Of a stretch of DNA of 64,000 nucleotides, positions 30,908 through 39,991 are shown in pieces (the first letter of the stretch is position 1; every line of letters begins with the position of its first letter). The DNA lies in the NCBI GenBank assembly GCA_965249575.1, contig OZ252244.1, forward strand, positions 3,328,001 through 3,392,000. Reading direction: 5' to 3'. A program made the position numbers and the translations under genes. The notes beneath the pieces were generated by a model. The model did not search any database, had not been told where the DNA came from, and saw nothing but the letters and a program-made list of their open reading frames with translations. Origin of the DNA: Gemmatimonadales bacterium. Lineage in GTDB: Bacteria > Gemmatimonadota > Gemmatimonadetes > Gemmatimonadales > GWC2-71-9.

Positions 30908-31088
30908 GAGACGCGCAACCTTGGTCACTCACGCGGCCGACTTGCGCGCAACGCGGCCGTCGTGTCGGATGGGCGAATTCCCATGTCCACGGGGCGGACG
31001 TGGCTCGCGCAGCCTGGGATCGCAGATACGCATTTGGAACCTACGTGGTGGGCCAGGTACCTGTGTAGGTGGACGATTTGCGAAGCTG

Positions 31089-31727
31089 TCAAACCTGGGC
31101 TGCCGAAGCCGAGCCGGAGATCGCGGTCACCGTCATCAATCCCCAGAGCCAGCCGATCTTGTAGCGATCGACCGTTTCTATTCGATACCCGTGTCTTTCG
31201 AGAAGTTCGCCGCACTCCTGACTACCGTAAATGCGGCGATGCGCTCGGTTCACGATCCGCAGGGCCCGATCGCACAGGCGACATGCCCAGAAATCGTCAC
31301 ACCAGTCTGTGATGACGACTCGTCCGTCCGGTCTCAATACCCGTCCGATCTCCCTCAATGCGTTCTCGGGCTCGTCCCAATAATGAAAGGAACTGGACGA
31401 GACAACCATGCCGAAGGACGCGGTCTCAAACGGCATCGAGTGTACGTCCCCCCGCAGTAGCTCGACGCTGCCGGACAGCCCCGAGCGAGCGACTGTCAAC
31501 ATCTCCTTCGACAGGTCGATCCCGGCGAGTTTCCCCTGCGGTGTCTTGGCGTGTAGCGCCCGAAGTAACGCTCCGGTTCCACAGCCGACATCGAGGAGGC
31601 GCTCGTCCGACGCTAGGCCTAGGTAGCGGATCGTTCGATCAATTGAGGCGCGAATGTACCGATCCCATCGCGTCTCGTACTGTCGAGCCAATCGGTCGTA
31701 CTCTCTGGTAACCGGATGACTTTGCAA
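31089..31727 (-). CDS. Class I SAM-dependent methyltransferase
   Basis: LLDVGCGTG, GIDLS, RVLRPDG; Cys cluster DWCDDFWACRLC. Confidence 0.9.
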   Translation of the reverse strand: MQSHPVTREYDRLARQYETRWDRYIRASIDRTIRYLGLASDERLLDVGCGTGALLRALHAKTPQGKLAGIDLSKEMLTVARSGLSGSVELLRGDVHSMPFETASFGMVVSSSSFHYWDEPENALREIGRVLRPDGRVVITDWCDDFWACRLCDRALRIVNRAHRRIYGSQECGELLERHGYRIETVDRYKIGWLWGLMTVTAISGSASAAQV

Positions 31728-31837
31728 CTATGGCCAGCCTGAATCAGCTCGACGGCGACTGAAGAGTTCTCGCCGGCGATTCTGGGACTCGACGCCGTGA
31801 TGCCGAATGAAGGGTCTTCAAAGGGTGGTTGGTGCCC

Positions 31838-32395
31838 TCACGCCTTCCGTCCGCCGGTCTCCCATTGATCGAGGCGATCCAGGGGACCGGGACAGTAGTG
31901 CTCCTTCGTCGAACGGCCCGTCAGAACCGTCCACAGGTGGGGGATCGCACGCATCTCGCAGCCCGGTGTTCCGAGTAGAGTCGAGAGTACGAACGAGATT
32001 CCGAGGTGCGCTGAGAAATACACGAGCCACGCCCAGACGAACACACCAAGCGGTGGCGCCCACCAGGATCCGTAGACGCCGAGGTCCACCACGAGCAGGA
32101 GAGCAGCGCCTACCGCGACGAAGTACTGCGGTTTGCGCCGCCAGTTCAAGCCAAACCCGATGTCGACCACGTACGGCGTGAAGTAAAACGCGATCGCCAC
32201 CAACAACCAGAACGTCCAGCCGCGCGGCCAGGCCGTTCCAGACATCAATCCGACGCCGTCCGTCAGCATCGTGTACAGTGGCCAGAGAAGCAGAACGCCA
32301 GATGACAGCCGAACCATCCGCCCGACGAGACGTGGCTTCGGCAGGGAACCCTGTTCCTCAAAGTGGGTTTCGGTTGTGTCCGCAGGTCGGGTCAC
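31838..32395 (-). CDS. Membrane protein with GCE motif (DUF6410-like)
   Basis: GTG start with a GGGAG RBS; TM helices; TPGCEMRAIP...HYCPGPLD. Confidence 0.7.
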   Translation of the reverse strand: MTRPADTTETHFEEQGSLPKPRLVGRMVRLSSGVLLLWPLYTMLTDGVGLMSGTAWPRGWTFWLLVAIAFYFTPYVVDIGFGLNWRRKPQYFVAVGAALLLVVDLGVYGSWWAPPLGVFVWAWLVYFSAHLGISFVLSTLLGTPGCEMRAIPHLWTVLTGRSTKEHYCPGPLDRLDQWETGGRKA

Positions 32396-32432
32396 GTTGA
32401 CTCCCGCCTTTCGTAACGCTGCGGCCCCATCT

Positions 32433-32932
32433 TCAAGCGTCCGGACGCTCCGCCACTGGATGGGACCGCCTCCACCGCTCGGCAATCCGTCCCTCCACCC
32501 AGTCGAGTGGCGAGAAGACCATGCACACCAGGTGCGTGCGTTTGCGCAGCACGATTGCTGGAATCGACATGACTTCGCATCCCCCGTCGCCGCGGATACC
32601 CTGGAGGGCCAACGAGACGCCAACGAGACGCCAACGTACGCGACGGACGACACTCGCCCGATTGCCCCACCGAGAACGTATACGAGAACAATGGGGGCGA
32701 TGGCCAGCAATGCGCCGACCCACGGGTTTACTGCCGGGACGTATTTGGTGATTCCCAAGTGCAGGACGGTGTAGAAGGCCGTGAATGCCACAACCGCAGT
32801 AGTAACACGCAGATCCAAAGGGCCGTCCTGTAGCAGCATGGCTTCGGAAGCCATCCAAACGAGTATGGTGCCAAGTGTCAGACGGAGCGTGCGCCCGATC
32901 GGCCGCGCTGAGGGGACGCCGCGTTCGCCCAT
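32433..32932 (-). pseudogene. Paralogous GCE-motif membrane protein, frameshifted by an 11-bp duplication
   Basis: RPIGRTLRL N-terminus and GGCEVMSIP...HLVC..FSPLD C-terminus are in different frames; gccaacgagac occurs twice at 32608-32629. Confidence 0.75.
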
Positions 32933-32972
32933 GGACATTTACATGTGCCTCGCGGACGCCCGAGCCCGGGGG

Positions 32973-33380
32973 TTACGGGTTAGCGCCTTCCGGTACGGTG
33001 TCAGTTTCCCACGATACGCTGTCGCGTACGATCTCAACTATTTCCGCGGTGAACCCGGTCATTCGCTCCAACTCGGCAATGAAGTCCGCGCTCGCTGTCA
33101 CCGCGGTGTCGAATACCACGACCGCGGTGCGGGACTCATAGGACACCTCGGCGTAGTGTACGCCTGCAAGTCGTTCTAAGGCCACCCGGGCCGTTGTGGC
33201 GCAGGTCGGTCAGGTCATTCCACTGACTGCCAGTGTCACTGCTGTGGTGCCGGCTGGAGCAGCGGGACGCTCCGTCTGGTGGTCGTGAAGGTCATCCGCC
33301 GTGTGGTCGTGGTGGGGAATCTGCGTTAGTAAGCCGAGTCCCAACACCGCGGCAACCGCAATCCAGTGGAGCTTGTTCAT
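32973..33380 (-). CDS. Exported heavy-metal-associated (MerP/CopZ-like) protein with in-frame TGA, candidate selenoprotein
   Basis: Manual translation: MNKLHWIAVAAVLGLGLL-His-rich linker-VTLAVSGMT(TGA)PTCATTARVALERLAGV..AEVSY; TGA at 33210-33212. Confidence 0.8.
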
Positions 33381-33396
33381 GCGCGGCCTCCGTCTC

Positions 33397-33735
33397 TCAT
33401 AGGATCCAAGCTGACCAGGTCGGGTAGGCGGCGAAGACCACTGCGAGTGCGGTCGCGGTCCATAGGGTGATTTTCATCCGACGCCGCACCCTTGGATCTG
33501 CGCAGGGCTTCCCGGCCTCGCACGCCTTTTTCTCTTCACGGTCCAGCGAGTAGAAGCCGAAACCGAGAAGCAGCGTGGTTCCAGTCAGGAGGTACGGCCG
33601 CATCGGCTCAAATGTCGTGGCGAACCCCGTACCCGAAACACCGAGTGCCACGGCGAGGAGCGGGCCGGCGCAGCACAGAGCGGACGCGAACGCCGCGCCG
33701 ACTGCGGTGCCGGCGCTGGCGAGCGCCTGGATCAC
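33397..33735 (-). CDS. merT: MerT-family mercuric ion transport protein
   Basis: ASALCCAGP in TM1, FEPMRPY, cytoplasmic C-x5-C loop, three TMs. Confidence 0.85.
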   Translation of the reverse strand: MIQALASAGTAVGAAFASALCCAGPLLAVALGVSGTGFATTFEPMRPYLLTGTTLLLGFGFYSLDREEKKACEAGKPCADPRVRRRMKITLWTATALAVVFAAYPTWSAWIL

Positions 33736-34022
33736 TCGGCCACCGCCAGCGCGGTGCGGATGGCTTCGGCAGCCGGGGCTCCGTCCGCACGGCAGGCCGA
33801 GGCGCTCACTCCCGCTTCCTCTCCGGTCACGTCGTAACCGTTCACTAGTACCGTGGGTGACCCATACTGCTTCACGTGCTCGGGCGCGTGGGCATTCCCC
33901 TGTTCCCACTCCTGCCATTTCTCGGGCAGTCCGAGAGCCTCGAGTGCCTCTCGCAGGTTCGAGCGAGCGGCATTCGCATTGGGACAGCCGTCAAAGTAGA
34001 TCAGTTCGATGGCGGGTTTCAT
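33732..34022 (-). CDS. Thioredoxin-fold protein of mer-type clusters
   Basis: IELIYFDGCPN...GSPTVLVNG.DV...SACR. Confidence 0.8.
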   Translation of the reverse strand: MKPAIELIYFDGCPNANAARSNLREALEALGLPEKWQEWEQGNAHAPEHVKQYGSPTVLVNGYDVTGEEAGVSASACRADGAPAAEAIRTALAVAE

Positions 34023-34438
34023 CAGTCTCCTCCATTAGCTTCAAACGCAAGTGCGTCAAGGATCGGGCAATCAGGTGTTGTCCGTCGAGATCGACAAGCA
34101 CTGGCCAGGGCGTCCAGCGCGTTGCGCATGCGATCCAGCTCCTCCACCCGAGCATCTATGCGCGCGATAGCATGTCGCGCTCGGGCTTCGACGGCTTCGC
34201 AATTGGTTTCGGGCGCGACACGCAAGGCCAGAAGCTCTGAGATCTCTTCCAGGGTAAAGCCCAGCTCCTGCGCGCGCTTGATGAATCGGATCCGGCGAAC
34301 GGTGTCTCGTGGGTATTGTCGGTAGCCGGACGTGGTGCGGGGTGGTTCCATGAGCAGGGCTCGCCGCTCGTAGTAGCGGACCGTCTCGACGTTGACGCTG
34401 GCGAGCTTGGCGAGCTGGCCGATTGTCAGGGAACTCAT
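34022..34438 (-). CDS. merR: MerR-family heavy-metal-responsive regulator (Hg(II)-type Cys triad)
   Basis: LTIGQLA..VETVRYYE HTH, AQELGFTLEEI; Cys in ETNCEAV, SACRS and DCPIL, matching the three MerR Hg ligands. Confidence 0.88.
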   Translation of the reverse strand: MSSLTIGQLAKLASVNVETVRYYERRALLMEPPRTTSGYRQYPRDTVRRIRFIKRAQELGFTLEEISELLALRVAPETNCEAVEARARHAIARIDARVEELDRMRNALDALASACRSRRTTPDCPILDALAFEANGGD

Positions 34439-34445
34439 GGGGTCA

Positions 34446-34477
34446 AACTTAAACCCCGTACCTAGGTACGGGGTCAA
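34446..34477 (-). promoter_or_regulatory. MerR-type promoter/operator
   Basis: Minus strand TTGACC-20 nt-TAAGTT enclosing a perfect 22-bp palindrome ACCCCGTACCTAGGTACGGGGT (34453-34474). Confidence 0.9.
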
Positions 34478-34503
34478 GCCCGTCGATCAGGGGAGTGGCT
34501 TCT

Positions 34504-35844
34504 CTACAGCGCCTCCTGACGCGCGATCCGCGACACCTTCCAGGGATTCCAGCAGTCTTTGTAGGACGCCTTGTGGAAGATCTCCATCGAGTGCGCGAAC
34601 GTGCGGATCAGGCGGAGGAAGACGCCAGTGTAGATGGGCATCAGGGGAATAATGAGGGCGAGGCGGCGATCGGCGCGCCGAATGGTTCGCCTCAACGTCG
34701 TGAAGGCGACGGTTGTCTGCAGCCCGTTCGTGATCACGTACATGATGTAGTTGATCACGACGAGATAACGGACCGAGTTGGGGTGGAGGATCAGCATCTG
34801 CGTGAAGTAGATCCACCACTTCATGTTCATCAGCAACGAGAACCCCACATTCTCGAGCGACGACACCATGTTCAACGGGCTGAAGTTTGCCCAGTTGAAA
34901 CGAAAGATGTCGTTGTGCTTTCGCATCCGAAACCGGACCATAGATCGGTCCCACCGGTAGCGCTGTTTCGCGATCCGTCGGAAGGTGCGCGGAACGTTGG
35001 TGTAGCAAACCGCCTCCGGCTCGTGGACGATCCGCATCCCGAGCTTGCGAATCTTTATGGTGAGGTCGCCGTCCAGCCCCGGCCCCACGTCCCATCCGCC
35101 TAACCGCTGCAACGTGGTTCGCTGGAACGCCCCGTACGCGCCAGCGACAATGCGCAGAATCCCCATCGTGCTCGAGGCCGTCCGACCGATGCTGATCGCC
35201 TTGAGGTACTCCAGTGCCTGGCACCGTGTGGCGAAGCTCTCGTATGCGTTGGCCACCCGAATGTCACCGCCCACGGCTCCCACGTTTCGAAACATGAAAA
35301 AAGGGAGGACGATGCGTTCGATGGCGTCGTAGCGGAGCTTGCTGTCCGCATCGAGATGGACGACAAACTTTCCTTTCGTGTAGAGCAGGGCGGTGTTCGC
35401 GGCGGACGCCTTCCCGCCACGGGGATCGTTCCGAATGAACTGGTCAATTTTTCCTTCGGCCTTGAGGCGACGGCAAATCTGTGGCGTATCGTCATCGGAG
35501 CCGTCGTCCACGACGACGAGCTGGATCCTTTTGTAGGTCTGGCGACCGAGCGACTCGACGAGCGCGGGAATGTACGCACCCTCGTTCTTGCCGGGGACGA
35601 TTACCGAAATGAGGGGGCGCTCCTGGAAGAGGATGCGTCGCGCCCGAAATCGGAGTAGGCGCGTGCGCGGCGCTATGAACATGCGGTGTCCAAGGATGAC
35701 CAGATCCACGATCACGTAGCGAGCGAAGTCGATGAGGAAAAAAGGCCAAAAGTAATAGAGCCACTCGAACCGCTCGAGACCCCCGATGAACGCGATCAGG
35801 CCGTCAAGGTACATCGACACCACCGCGTGCTGCGTCCCTCGCAT
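34504..35844 (-). CDS. Processive GT2 glycosyltransferase (polysaccharide synthase)
   Basis: DDGS, GKASA, DAD, DGD, QRYRW motifs with flanking TM helices. Confidence 0.9.
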   Translation of the reverse strand: MRGTQHAVVSMYLDGLIAFIGGLERFEWLYYFWPFFLIDFARYVIVDLVILGHRMFIAPRTRLLRFRARRILFQERPLISVIVPGKNEGAYIPALVESLGRQTYKRIQLVVVDDGSDDDTPQICRRLKAEGKIDQFIRNDPRGGKASAANTALLYTKGKFVVHLDADSKLRYDAIERIVLPFFMFRNVGAVGGDIRVANAYESFATRCQALEYLKAISIGRTASSTMGILRIVAGAYGAFQRTTLQRLGGWDVGPGLDGDLTIKIRKLGMRIVHEPEAVCYTNVPRTFRRIAKQRYRWDRSMVRFRMRKHNDIFRFNWANFSPLNMVSSLENVGFSLLMNMKWWIYFTQMLILHPNSVRYLVVINYIMYVITNGLQTTVAFTTLRRTIRRADRRLALIIPLMPIYTGVFLRLIRTFAHSMEIFHKASYKDCWNPWKVSRIARQEAL

Positions 35845-36469
35845 CCTCGGAGCCGACCAGCTCCGCGATTGCCGCGTCGACGTCGGTCTTTTCCGTGACC
35901 CGGAGGATCGAGATGTTCATCGTCGGGGGATGCTTCAGGTTGGACCGGAGCAGTTGATCCACCCCCTCACGCAGCCGTTCGACCGCTCGCTCCGCCGCGG
36001 TGGTCGGCGTCTCCATGAGCAGCGCGAGGAAGAGGGACTCGTTCCTGGACGACAGGAGATCTGACTCACGGAGGATGGCGACGAACGCCATCGTCAGCTC
36101 CTCGAACAACTCCCGCGCCCTCTTCCCAAGCTCGACGTAGATGTGCTCGATGCCCTCGAAGTTGAGGATGATCAACGAGCTCTGCGACTTTTTATATCGG
36201 GCGATCCGATGGCCTTCTGCAAAGACGACGTCCTTGAGCACCGAGTAGTCGAACAGGCGCACCCGCTGCTTGAGCACGCTGACAAACATGCTATCCAGGA
36301 CCATGCGCAACGCGCCTCCGGAGTCCCCGGAATCGCGCCCGTGAATCAGAAATGCCGACGCGCCACGGGCGGCGGCCGTGTCGAGCTTTTCGGTGCGCAG
36401 GACCGAAAACTCCTTCGTGTGCACGGCGCTCCCCGGCGAGCCGTGGACCAGCAGTAACGAGTCCCTCAC
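35804..36469 (-). CDS. Degenerate GGDEF-like protein (putative c-di-GMP receptor)
   Basis: C-terminal LRESD (RxxD)...FLALLMET...AERAVERL pattern with no GGDEF signature. Confidence 0.6.
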   Translation of the reverse strand: MRDSLLLVHGSPGSAVHTKEFSVLRTEKLDTAAARGASAFLIHGRDSGDSGGALRMVLDSMFVSVLKQRVRLFDYSVLKDVVFAEGHRIARYKKSQSSLIILNFEGIEHIYVELGKRARELFEELTMAFVAILRESDLLSSRNESLFLALLMETPTTAAERAVERLREGVDQLLRSNLKHPPTMNISILRVTEKTDVDAAIAELVGSEDARDAARGGVDVP

Positions 36470-37446
36470 CGCCGCCCCCTCCGGCCCGTTACCGTGACCT
36501 CCAGGCGATCGAACCGTTGCCAGGCCCGGGCCCTGGAGCTGTCGGCGGGCAGGATCTCCGCGAGTACGTCGCTGTCCTGGAAGCGGTAGTCTTCCACGTC
36601 CAAGTGCGCGAACGACTCGGACGCTGCCCGTACCGCTCGAACCACGCCGTCATCCTCGCTGCCGTCCGGAAACCGGACGCGCACCCGCTTTTGGGGGAAG
36701 ACGCTGGGAAGGATCCCCGGATCCATGTAGGCAATGATGCGAACGGGCGCCTCCAAGGGCCGGAGCGAGAGGATGGGATCCCCGGCGTTCACGACGTCGA
36801 ATGCGGCCTGGTACACGGCCGACACCGTACCGTCGAGTGGCGAATGTACCATGTCCGGAAGGCATCGCGGGTCGTCCACCACCGTCACCGTCTCCCGCAG
36901 CGTCTCTTCGTGGGATCGTCGCTCGATGACGAGGAGCCGACGCTGGTTTTCCAATTTCCGGAGCTCGCCCTCGACCCGAACACGCTCGCGTCTGAGCTCC
37001 AAGTCGAGCTCAAGGGGCTCCTGGCGGCGGAACATGTCGAGTCGGTCACGCTTCAGGGTGATTTCCTCTTCGACCAATACGTGCCTCCCGCGTGTGAGGC
37101 GAACCTGAGTGCGCAAGCCGCTGAGACGCGCCTGATCCGATTGCTGACAGGCCAGTCCAGGCTCGATTCGTGCCACGAGGGACCCGCTCCACACCGTATC
37201 GCCGACCTCGAAGGGCAGCTCCGCCACCCGTCCCTCTCGCGTGGGCGCCAGGACCGTCGTACTGATCGTGACCAGGCCAGGCGCGCGGAAAAAGAGTAGT
37301 CGGCTTCCCAGGAACACGGCGCCGTACGTCACGACCCCCAGGAGAATCAGGTAGTACAACCCAGTCGTGAACCGGGCCGGCCAGCTCGGCGGAGCCTGGC
37401 CCTCGTCGCCGGTGCTGACGACGCGCTGCTTGGATCGGAGCTTCAC
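36466..37446 (-). CDS. HlyD/membrane-fusion family protein
   Basis: N-terminal TM, lipoyl halves (EGRVAEL..EVGD; SPLDGTV..V....DVVNAGDPI) around a coiled coil. Confidence 0.8.
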   Translation of the reverse strand: MKLRSKQRVVSTGDEGQAPPSWPARFTTGLYYLILLGVVTYGAVFLGSRLLFFRAPGLVTISTTVLAPTREGRVAELPFEVGDTVWSGSLVARIEPGLACQQSDQARLSGLRTQVRLTRGRHVLVEEEITLKRDRLDMFRRQEPLELDLELRRERVRVEGELRKLENQRRLLVIERRSHEETLRETVTVVDDPRCLPDMVHSPLDGTVSAVYQAAFDVVNAGDPILSLRPLEAPVRIIAYMDPGILPSVFPQKRVRVRFPDGSEDDGVVRAVRAASESFAHLDVEDYRFQDSDVLAEILPADSSRARAWQRFDRLEVTVTGRRGRR

Positions 37447-39515
37447 GGCCGCCCTTCGATCAGATCGAGTAGACCTGTGAGATCGTGCACGGCCACCTGG
37501 TCAATTCCAGTCGCGGTCGTGACCCGGTCGTGCAGAAGCTGCATCTCCCACTCGCTCGTGAAGTCGGAGGCGCGAAGGACCAGAACGAGCCGTTTGGCAT
37601 CGATCGTCCGCAAGACTGGTTGGAGCCTCTCGGTAAGCTGGTCGGGGTCGGTCATCGAGTAGGCCATCACGTAGAACCTGTTCACCAGAGGCTCGAGGCG
37701 ACCGAACACCGAGTTCGGCCACCAGGGCGGAACGGATACTGATAGAGGCGTTGAGGGACCGGCGGCATTTCGCGCTCGGGTTACGACGTCTACATACGCG
37801 TCCAAATGGCGTTCCGGATCTTCGCGGAATTCCTCCAGAGCATGGGGCTCGATGTCCAAGTGCAGGCCACCCGCCGAGATGGTAAGGCCGGATACCCGAT
37901 CTGCCACCCCGCTCCGGCGATCCGGATCGAGCCACGCATTCGTACTGAGCATGAGCTCGACCTCGAGTTCCGCCGCCTCCGCCCGACCAATGAAGTCGAT
38001 CACCTTGGCTGGGGCGGCATCCTGGCCCACGGAGAGGACCACCCGCCGGAATCCCTTGGCCTCCATGAGAGCGCGGAGGTACGCGTTGTCGAGGCGGTTG
38101 AATGCGTCAGACCACATGTACAGTGCCCGGGTCCCGGTCCGGCCTCGGTATTCCGGTCCGGGGAGGGGGATCTGGTGAATTAGCTCGGCGTCGAAGGCCT
38201 GGTTGGCGACCAGGAAGATCTGCGCCCCAGCCATATGGAGTTCCCTAAGACTCCCGATCCGATCTAGCGCCGCGTTATACAGTGCTGTGAGCCGGTCGAG
38301 CGCCCTGCCCAGGTCGGCCGCCACCGGGGCAACCGTCCACTCGGCGTGCGAGCGCCGAGTGCGCTCGAGGTGCTCGAGATACAGGTAGTGCTGGCGCACG
38401 GTGCGAACGAGCTGCTCTCGAAATCGATCGTACGCCCGCTGCGTACTCACGACGCGTTCCATGACCGCCGCGCGTACTCGACGCCGATTTCCCTCGATCT
38501 CGCTCTCCAGCCCGGCCTTCTTGCCTCCGAAGAGCGGTTTTCGGAAGACGACTCCCGCGGAAACGCCGTCGGCGCCGGTACTCCTGGCACGCACGCCGTA
38601 CCTGAGGTAGAACCGGAGTCGCGTCTCATCGGCGACATCCCGCCCAAGCCGAGACTCGCGTTGGGTGAGGTCGAAGACTTGCGCGGTCGTTTCGTCGGCC
38701 TCGATGCGCCGGAGGATCTGCTCGACGTCGAGGTCGAAGATGGGTGGAAAATGACGGACGGTAGCTGCCGTATCGGTGTCCGCGACCGCGCCGAGTGTCG
38801 CCAGCTCCGTCCGGGTCCTCGTAACCTCCTGCTCGGACTCGAGGAGCGCATCCAAATCCGAGGCTCCCGATAGGTACGCTTCTCGATACGCTCCAGCGAT
38901 ACCTGAGACCGCCGTCGTTTTTTGGGCGAGCAGCGCTCTCGTGAGAGGGAGCATTCGTCGTGCGAATGCTTCGACGCGGCAACGGTTCTCCTGTTCGACG
39001 CGGTCCAGCCGCGCCCGCACGGCCGCGAGCTCCGATCGCGTCTTGAGGACCTCCCCGACCCTGCGGTTCTCGATCAGGCCCGATTGAAAGAGGTCCATCG
39101 AGAGTCCGACGTACGCGCCCGTCACCCCTTCCTCAAGTGGTCGATCTTGGAATCCGAGTCGACCGCCCGCCTCGAGGGCGAGCCCCAGATCGCGGGCGGA
39201 TGCTTCACCGCGCAATCGATATGCTTCTTGATCTGCGGCGGCAGCGGTCTGGCCAAAACAGCCCACCCGGATGGGCGCGAAGACGAAGGGCGGGCCGTTG
39301 TCGAGGGCACGGAGTCGCGTGAGGGCAAGATCCAGCTCCGCCCAAAGCTCGGGTCCCGTGTGAGGAGGTTCAGCGACAGCGGATGCCTGTCCCTGCAATC
39401 CAGCGTGCTGGGCATCGAGGGTGTCTTGCGTCGCGGGCTGTGCTTCCGTTTCGGGTGTCACCCCGACGGTCAGCACGACCAGTGAAGAGAACGCCGCAGT
39501 AGCGGAGCGCAGCAT
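37443..39515 (-). CDS. Secreted TolC-like efflux domain fused to a glycoside-hydrolase-like TIM barrel
   Basis: Signal peptide, alternating helical and beta OEP-like pattern; C-terminal ALYMWS...GLHLDIEPH...YVMAY. Confidence 0.6.
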   Translation of the reverse strand: MLRSATAAFSSLVVLTVGVTPETEAQPATQDTLDAQHAGLQGQASAVAEPPHTGPELWAELDLALTRLRALDNGPPFVFAPIRVGCFGQTAAAADQEAYRLRGEASARDLGLALEAGGRLGFQDRPLEEGVTGAYVGLSMDLFQSGLIENRRVGEVLKTRSELAAVRARLDRVEQENRCRVEAFARRMLPLTRALLAQKTTAVSGIAGAYREAYLSGASDLDALLESEQEVTRTRTELATLGAVADTDTAATVRHFPPIFDLDVEQILRRIEADETTAQVFDLTQRESRLGRDVADETRLRFYLRYGVRARSTGADGVSAGVVFRKPLFGGKKAGLESEIEGNRRRVRAAVMERVVSTQRAYDRFREQLVRTVRQHYLYLEHLERTRRSHAEWTVAPVAADLGRALDRLTALYNAALDRIGSLRELHMAGAQIFLVANQAFDAELIHQIPLPGPEYRGRTGTRALYMWSDAFNRLDNAYLRALMEAKGFRRVVLSVGQDAAPAKVIDFIGRAEAAELEVELMLSTNAWLDPDRRSGVADRVSGLTISAGGLHLDIEPHALEEFREDPERHLDAYVDVVTRARNAAGPSTPLSVSVPPWWPNSVFGRLEPLVNRFYVMAYSMTDPDQLTERLQPVLRTIDAKRLVLVLRASDFTSEWEMQLLHDRVTTATGIDQVAVHDLTGLLDLIEGRP

Positions 39516-39991
39516 TTCCGGACCTCCGTGGCGTTGAGCGGGTGGCTTGACTCCGGATTGGATGGGAGGGGCTGGGAGCCCCTTGTCGGAGCCTTCGGCT
39601 GGGGACCGGGGGGTGCACGCTTCAATCTACGTATCGCGCTCCCAACGTTCCACCGCACATAAGTATCGGTCGCAGAAAGCCTTAAACGATTGAACCAAGC
39701 TCAATCGGCGCACTGTCCTGCCGGGCAGTCCAAAAGCGCGGCCGGGCGCAGGCTGGTCTCGTTTCGGCACCCCTCCCATTTGGATCCCTTCCCCCATACC
39801 TACGATGCAGGAATCGCTCCCGATCGTCCCGGAGTGCAGGTCAGGGCGGGAATCCGACCGACGGTGCCGGGTGGCCGCAGCCGGCCGGATCGAAGGCTCG
39901 GATTTGGGGTGCTGACGACCGACTTAAAGCGGGGATGGCGGCTTTCGGCGGGGCTGGGGGTCGGCCGGAGTTGGTCTCCCGAGTCGGGCGT

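Noticed and set aside
31838..32938. Single 366 aa membrane protein
   Set aside because: Better explained as two paralogous genes joined by the 11-bp duplication; the middle segment is out-of-frame sequence.
39516..39990. c-di-GMP riboswitch upstream of the EPS operon
   Set aside because: Conserved class I/II motifs were not seen by eye; an Rfam scan would be needed.
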